Assembly: GCA_029715105.1 (NCBI GenBank)
Contig: CP085695.1
Span: forward strand, 701,851-733,850
DNA: 32,000 bases
Source of the DNA: Candidatus Saccharimonadota bacterium
GTDB taxonomy: Bacteria > Pseudomonadota > Alphaproteobacteria > Rickettsiales > Anaplasmataceae
Direction: 5' to 3'
Both the position numbers and the translations under genes were made by a program. The notes under the pieces were generated by a model that was given only the letters and a program-made list of their open reading frames with translations, was not told where the DNA came from and did no database searches. Shown in pieces: positions 28,718-32,000 of the stretch; positions within the stretch are counted from its first letter, which is position 1; every line of letters starts with the position of its first letter.

Positions 28718-29438
28718 ACTAAATAGAATCTTCTCCCTAGAGAAACAAAATATTTAATAAAATTAAAATAAAAATAAAATTTGGAATAAAAGTACATATT
28801 AATCAGTACAAAATATTATCAATAAACTATTTAATTAAATAAAAATTTAAATTTAAACACAAAATATTATAAAATCACAATACATAAAACCTCTACCACT
28901 TTATATTTATCCGATTATTTCTTAATATAATAAAATGAAATATCATAAAACAACACTTCTTTTCTATGCCAATCAACAGTATAAACAACTTTAAACAAAC
29001 CTCCCTTTTTTTAGAATAAATGAGATATGCCTTCTATACATTAAAAATGCTCTTGATTTTGAAGAAAACCTTTTACTAAAAATCCTAATTTATTAAACAA
29101 AATTAAAACCTTTACAAAGCTCTAAAAGAAATCTGATTATAAAAAGTAACAATCCAAACTTTTTATGAAGTTAAAACTTCTATGATTTAATTTAAAATTA
29201 AAAGATTGTCACAATCCAAAATAACTATCAGCACACAAATAAAAACCTATAAACAAGGTATATAATAATATTAACATTATTTTAATAAAACAAATAGCTT
29301 TAATAAAATTAAAATTTAAACTCACAAAACTAAAAATTTTCTATAACTTGTTAGAAATCCACACACATTAATTTATATAAAATACAAAACATCCAAATAT
29401 CCAATAAAAACAAACCACTATTTGATGATAATATAGCC

Positions 29439-32000
29439 CTAAATCTTTTTTATTAAAATTTCATCATTAAAGGCGTACACCACTAGTTTATCGCCTTCAG
29501 TTACTTCTCCAGACAAAAGTAATTTAGCTAAATTATTTTGAATAGATTCTTGCATTACCCTTTTTAAGGGTCTTGCTCCATATTCAAAATCATAACCAGT
29601 ATGCATTATCAACTCCTTAGCACTCTCTAACAGACTTATATCTAACTTTCGTTTAGCGAGCATTTTCTGCAAATAAAGAAACTGAACATCTATTATTTTA
29701 TAAATATCGTTTTTAGTTAAATTATGAAATATAACAATTTCATCTAACCTATTCAAAAATTCAGGACGAAATACAGATTTAACTATTTTCATTACTTCCT
29801 TTTTTACAGAATCAAAGGAACTTTTTAGCATTATCTCAGCACCGAGATTAGAAGTTAAAATCAATATTGTATTACGAAAATCAATTAATTTACCACGACT
29901 ATCAGTCAGTCTACCTTCATCAAAAATTTGTAATAACAAATTAAACACATCTGGATCTGCTTTCTCTATTTCATCAAACAAGATTACTTGATACGGTCTT
30001 CTTCTTATTGCTTCAGTTAATCTACCACCTTGCTCGTAACCAACATATCCAGGAGGTGCACCAATTAACTTCGAAACAGAATGTTTTTCCATATATTCAG
30101 ACATATCAAAACGCAAAAGCGCTAACTGATCACTAAATAAAAACTCAGCAAGAGCTTTTGCAAGCTCTGTTTTCCCAACTCCTGTTGGCCCCAAAAATAA
30201 AAATGAACCAAACGGCCTATTAGTGTCCTGTACGCCTGAACGAGATCGCCTTACTGCATTACTTATTGCTTCTATTGCATCTTTTTGTCCTATTACTCTT
30301 TTTCCTATTTCATTTTCCATACTAAGAAGCTTTTCTTTTTCATCATACATCATATTACTAACTGGAATCCCAGTCCATTTTGAAACAATATTTGCAATAT
30401 CATTTTCAGTAACTTCTTTTTTTAAAAAACTATCAGTAACCTTTTCTTGACTTTTTAATTCATTTTCGAGTTGTGGAATTATACCGTACATTAATTCTCC
30501 AGCCTTTCCTAAGTCTCCACTACGTTGAACCAGTTCTAATTCTTTTCTAGCACTATCTAATTTTTCTGCTGTATCTTGTATCTTAGCTATTTTATCTTTT
30601 TCTATTTGCCACTTATTTGTTAAATCAACAAATTTAATATTCATATTTTCAATTTCATCGTTTATTTTTTTTAAACGCTGCTTTGAATTTTCATCAAACT
30701 CCTTCTTTAAAACTTCTGATTCAATTTTTAATTGCATTATTTTTCTCTCAAGTTCATCTATAATTTCTGGTTTACTATCCATTTCAATTCTTACCCTGCT
30801 AGCTGCTTCATCAATTAAATCAATTGCCTTATCAGGTAAAAATCTATCTGTTATATATCTACTAGATAACAGTACAGCAGAAATTATTGCACCATCTGTA
30901 ATTCTAATACCATGATGTACCTCATATCTTTCTTTTAAACCTCTAAGTATTGAAATGGTGTCAGTTTCAGTTGGTTGAGAAATGAATACAGGCTGAAAAC
31001 GTCTTGCAAATGCAGGTTCTTTTTCTATATGCTCACGATACTCATCTAAAGTTGTAGCTCCTATACAACGAATTTCTCCGCGCGCAAGAGCAGGTTTTAG
31101 TAAATTTGAAGCATCCATTGTACCATCTGATGCTCCCGCTCCAACTAAAGTGTGTAATTCATCAATGAACAATATTATTTTTTTTTTTGTTCTTGAAAGT
31201 TCATTAATAACTGCTTTTAATCTTTCCTCAAATTCTCCTCTAAATTTTGTTCCTGCAACTAATGCACCAAGATCTAATGATAAAACTTTTGCACCACGTA
31301 AACCAAGTGGTACATCATTTGCAACTACTCTATTTGCAAGCCCTTCAACTATTGCAGTCTTTCCAACCCCTGGTTCACCTATTAATACTGGATTATTTTT
31401 TGTACGTCTTAGTGATACTTGCATGGTTCTTCTTATTTCTTCATCTCGACCAATTACCGGATCAAGTTTTCCTTGCGTAGCTAGTTCTGTAATATCTTTT
31501 GTATATTTTTTTATTGTATTTAACTTTTCTTCACTATTTGGAGAATCTGCATTATAACCTTTTCTGATTTCTAAGATAGCTGAATTTAATTTTTGCTGGG
31601 TTACACCATTTTCTGTTAAAATTTTACTTACGGTATCATATTTTTGTGCAACAAGACCTTGTAATAGATGTTCAACAGTAATAAATGAATCGTTATTTTT
31701 TTTTGCAAAATTAGCTGAATTTTCGAAAACTTTTGCAACTTCTCTTGAGAGGCCGAGATTAGTATTATCAGGTCCTTCAATTACTGGAAGTCTTTTTATC
31801 GCATCATTTACAGCATTAGAAATATTTTGCACATTACCTCCGCAAGCATTTATCAGATCTTGTACTAAATTTGATTCATCTTCTAACATTACATTAAGTA
31901 AATGTTCATTTGTAAGAGTTTGATGTCCTAATCCTAATGCTTTTATTTGAGCACTTTGAATTAAGTTTTTTGCTTTTTCAGTAAATTTATTAAAGTTCAT
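29439..32000 (-). CDS. clpB: ATP-dependent chaperone ClpB
   Basis: 853-aa ORF with two AAA+ modules (Walker [10 protein letters not shown] and GPTGVGKTE), a long coiled-coil middle domain between them and an N-terminal Clp repeat domain. The ATG is the last codon of the window. Confidence 0.95.
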   Translation of the reverse strand: MNFNKFTEKAKNLIQSAQIKALGLGHQTLTNEHLLNVMLEDESNLVQDLINACGGNVQNISNAVNDAIKRLPVIEGPDNTNLGLSREVAKVFENSANFAKKNNDSFITVEHLLQGLVAQKYDTVSKILTENGVTQQKLNSAILEIRKGYNADSPNSEEKLNTIKKYTKDITELATQGKLDPVIGRDEEIRRTMQVSLRRTKNNPVLIGEPGVGKTAIVEGLANRVVANDVPLGLRGAKVLSLDLGALVAGTKFRGEFEERLKAVINELSRTKKKIILFIDELHTLVGAGASDGTMDASNLLKPALARGEIRCIGATTLDEYREHIEKEPAFARRFQPVFISQPTETDTISILRGLKERYEVHHGIRITDGAIISAVLLSSRYITDRFLPDKAIDLIDEAASRVRIEMDSKPEIIDELERKIMQLKIESEVLKKEFDENSKQRLKKINDEIENMNIKFVDLTNKWQIEKDKIAKIQDTAEKLDSARKELELVQRSGDLGKAGELMYGIIPQLENELKSQEKVTDSFLKKEVTENDIANIVSKWTGIPVSNMMYDEKEKLLSMENEIGKRVIGQKDAIEAISNAVRRSRSGVQDTNRPFGSFLFLGPTGVGKTELAKALAEFLFSDQLALLRFDMSEYMEKHSVSKLIGAPPGYVGYEQGGRLTEAIRRRPYQVILFDEIEKADPDVFNLLLQIFDEGRLTDSRGKLIDFRNTILILTSNLGAEIMLKSSFDSVKKEVMKIVKSVFRPEFLNRLDEIVIFHNLTKNDIYKIIDVQFLYLQKMLAKRKLDISLLESAKELIMHTGYDFEYGARPLKRVMQESIQNNLAKLLLSGEVTEGDKLVVYAFNDEILIKKI

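Noticed and set aside
1-32000. Search for CRISPR arrays, IS or transposase genes, integrases, prophage genes, secretion or defence systems, and long tandem repeats
   Set aside because: I saw no regularly spaced direct repeats, no terminal inverted repeats flanking an ORF, no ORF with recombinase, toxin or nuclease motifs, and only trivial microsatellites such as (TAA)4 near 190. The window appears to be core chromosome.

Overview
This is an AT-rich chromosomal segment (by eye about 25-30% G+C). Its gene content fits a reduced, host-associated alphaproteobacterium of Rickettsiales type: secB divergent from a Tim44-like gene, SCO1/SenC, an LDH-type mdh, a fragmented nuo locus, sucCD and lipB. 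I cannot place it more precisely without a database search.

I call 27 protein genes and one tRNA-Leu(CAA). One gene is partial at the left edge. Another, rpsU, is absent from the ORF track because it has only 59 codons and a TTG start. All genes are housekeeping:
- Replication: dnaB, dnaQ.
- Translation: metG, tyrS, rpsT, rpsU.
- Peptidoglycan: murF, mraY, dapF, an LD-carboxypeptidase.
- Respiration and TCA cycle: nuoABC, mdh, sucCD, SCO1.
- Chaperones: secB, clpB.

I found no CRISPR array, transposase, integrase, phage gene, recognisable toxin or defence gene, or rRNA. I therefore do not claim a novel multi-gene system.

Summing the called genes gives about 70% coding. Genes are either packed tightly (overlaps or 1-17 nt gaps) or separated by ORF-free spacers of 0.5-1.5 kb. 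The unusual signals are all in those spacers:
1. A very strong and uniform C>G asymmetry on the + strand.
2. A few G-rich islands that break that background. The best is a strong Shine-Dalgarno sequence plus a 20-codon ORF plus mutually exclusive hairpins, just upstream of a hit-nuoABC-mdh cluster.
3. Long perfect palindromes of 31 bp and 24 bp, and a recurrent CTCT/AGAG hairpin theme.
4. A C10 homopolymer.
5. A 1-kb spacer splitting the normally adjacent murF-mraY pair.
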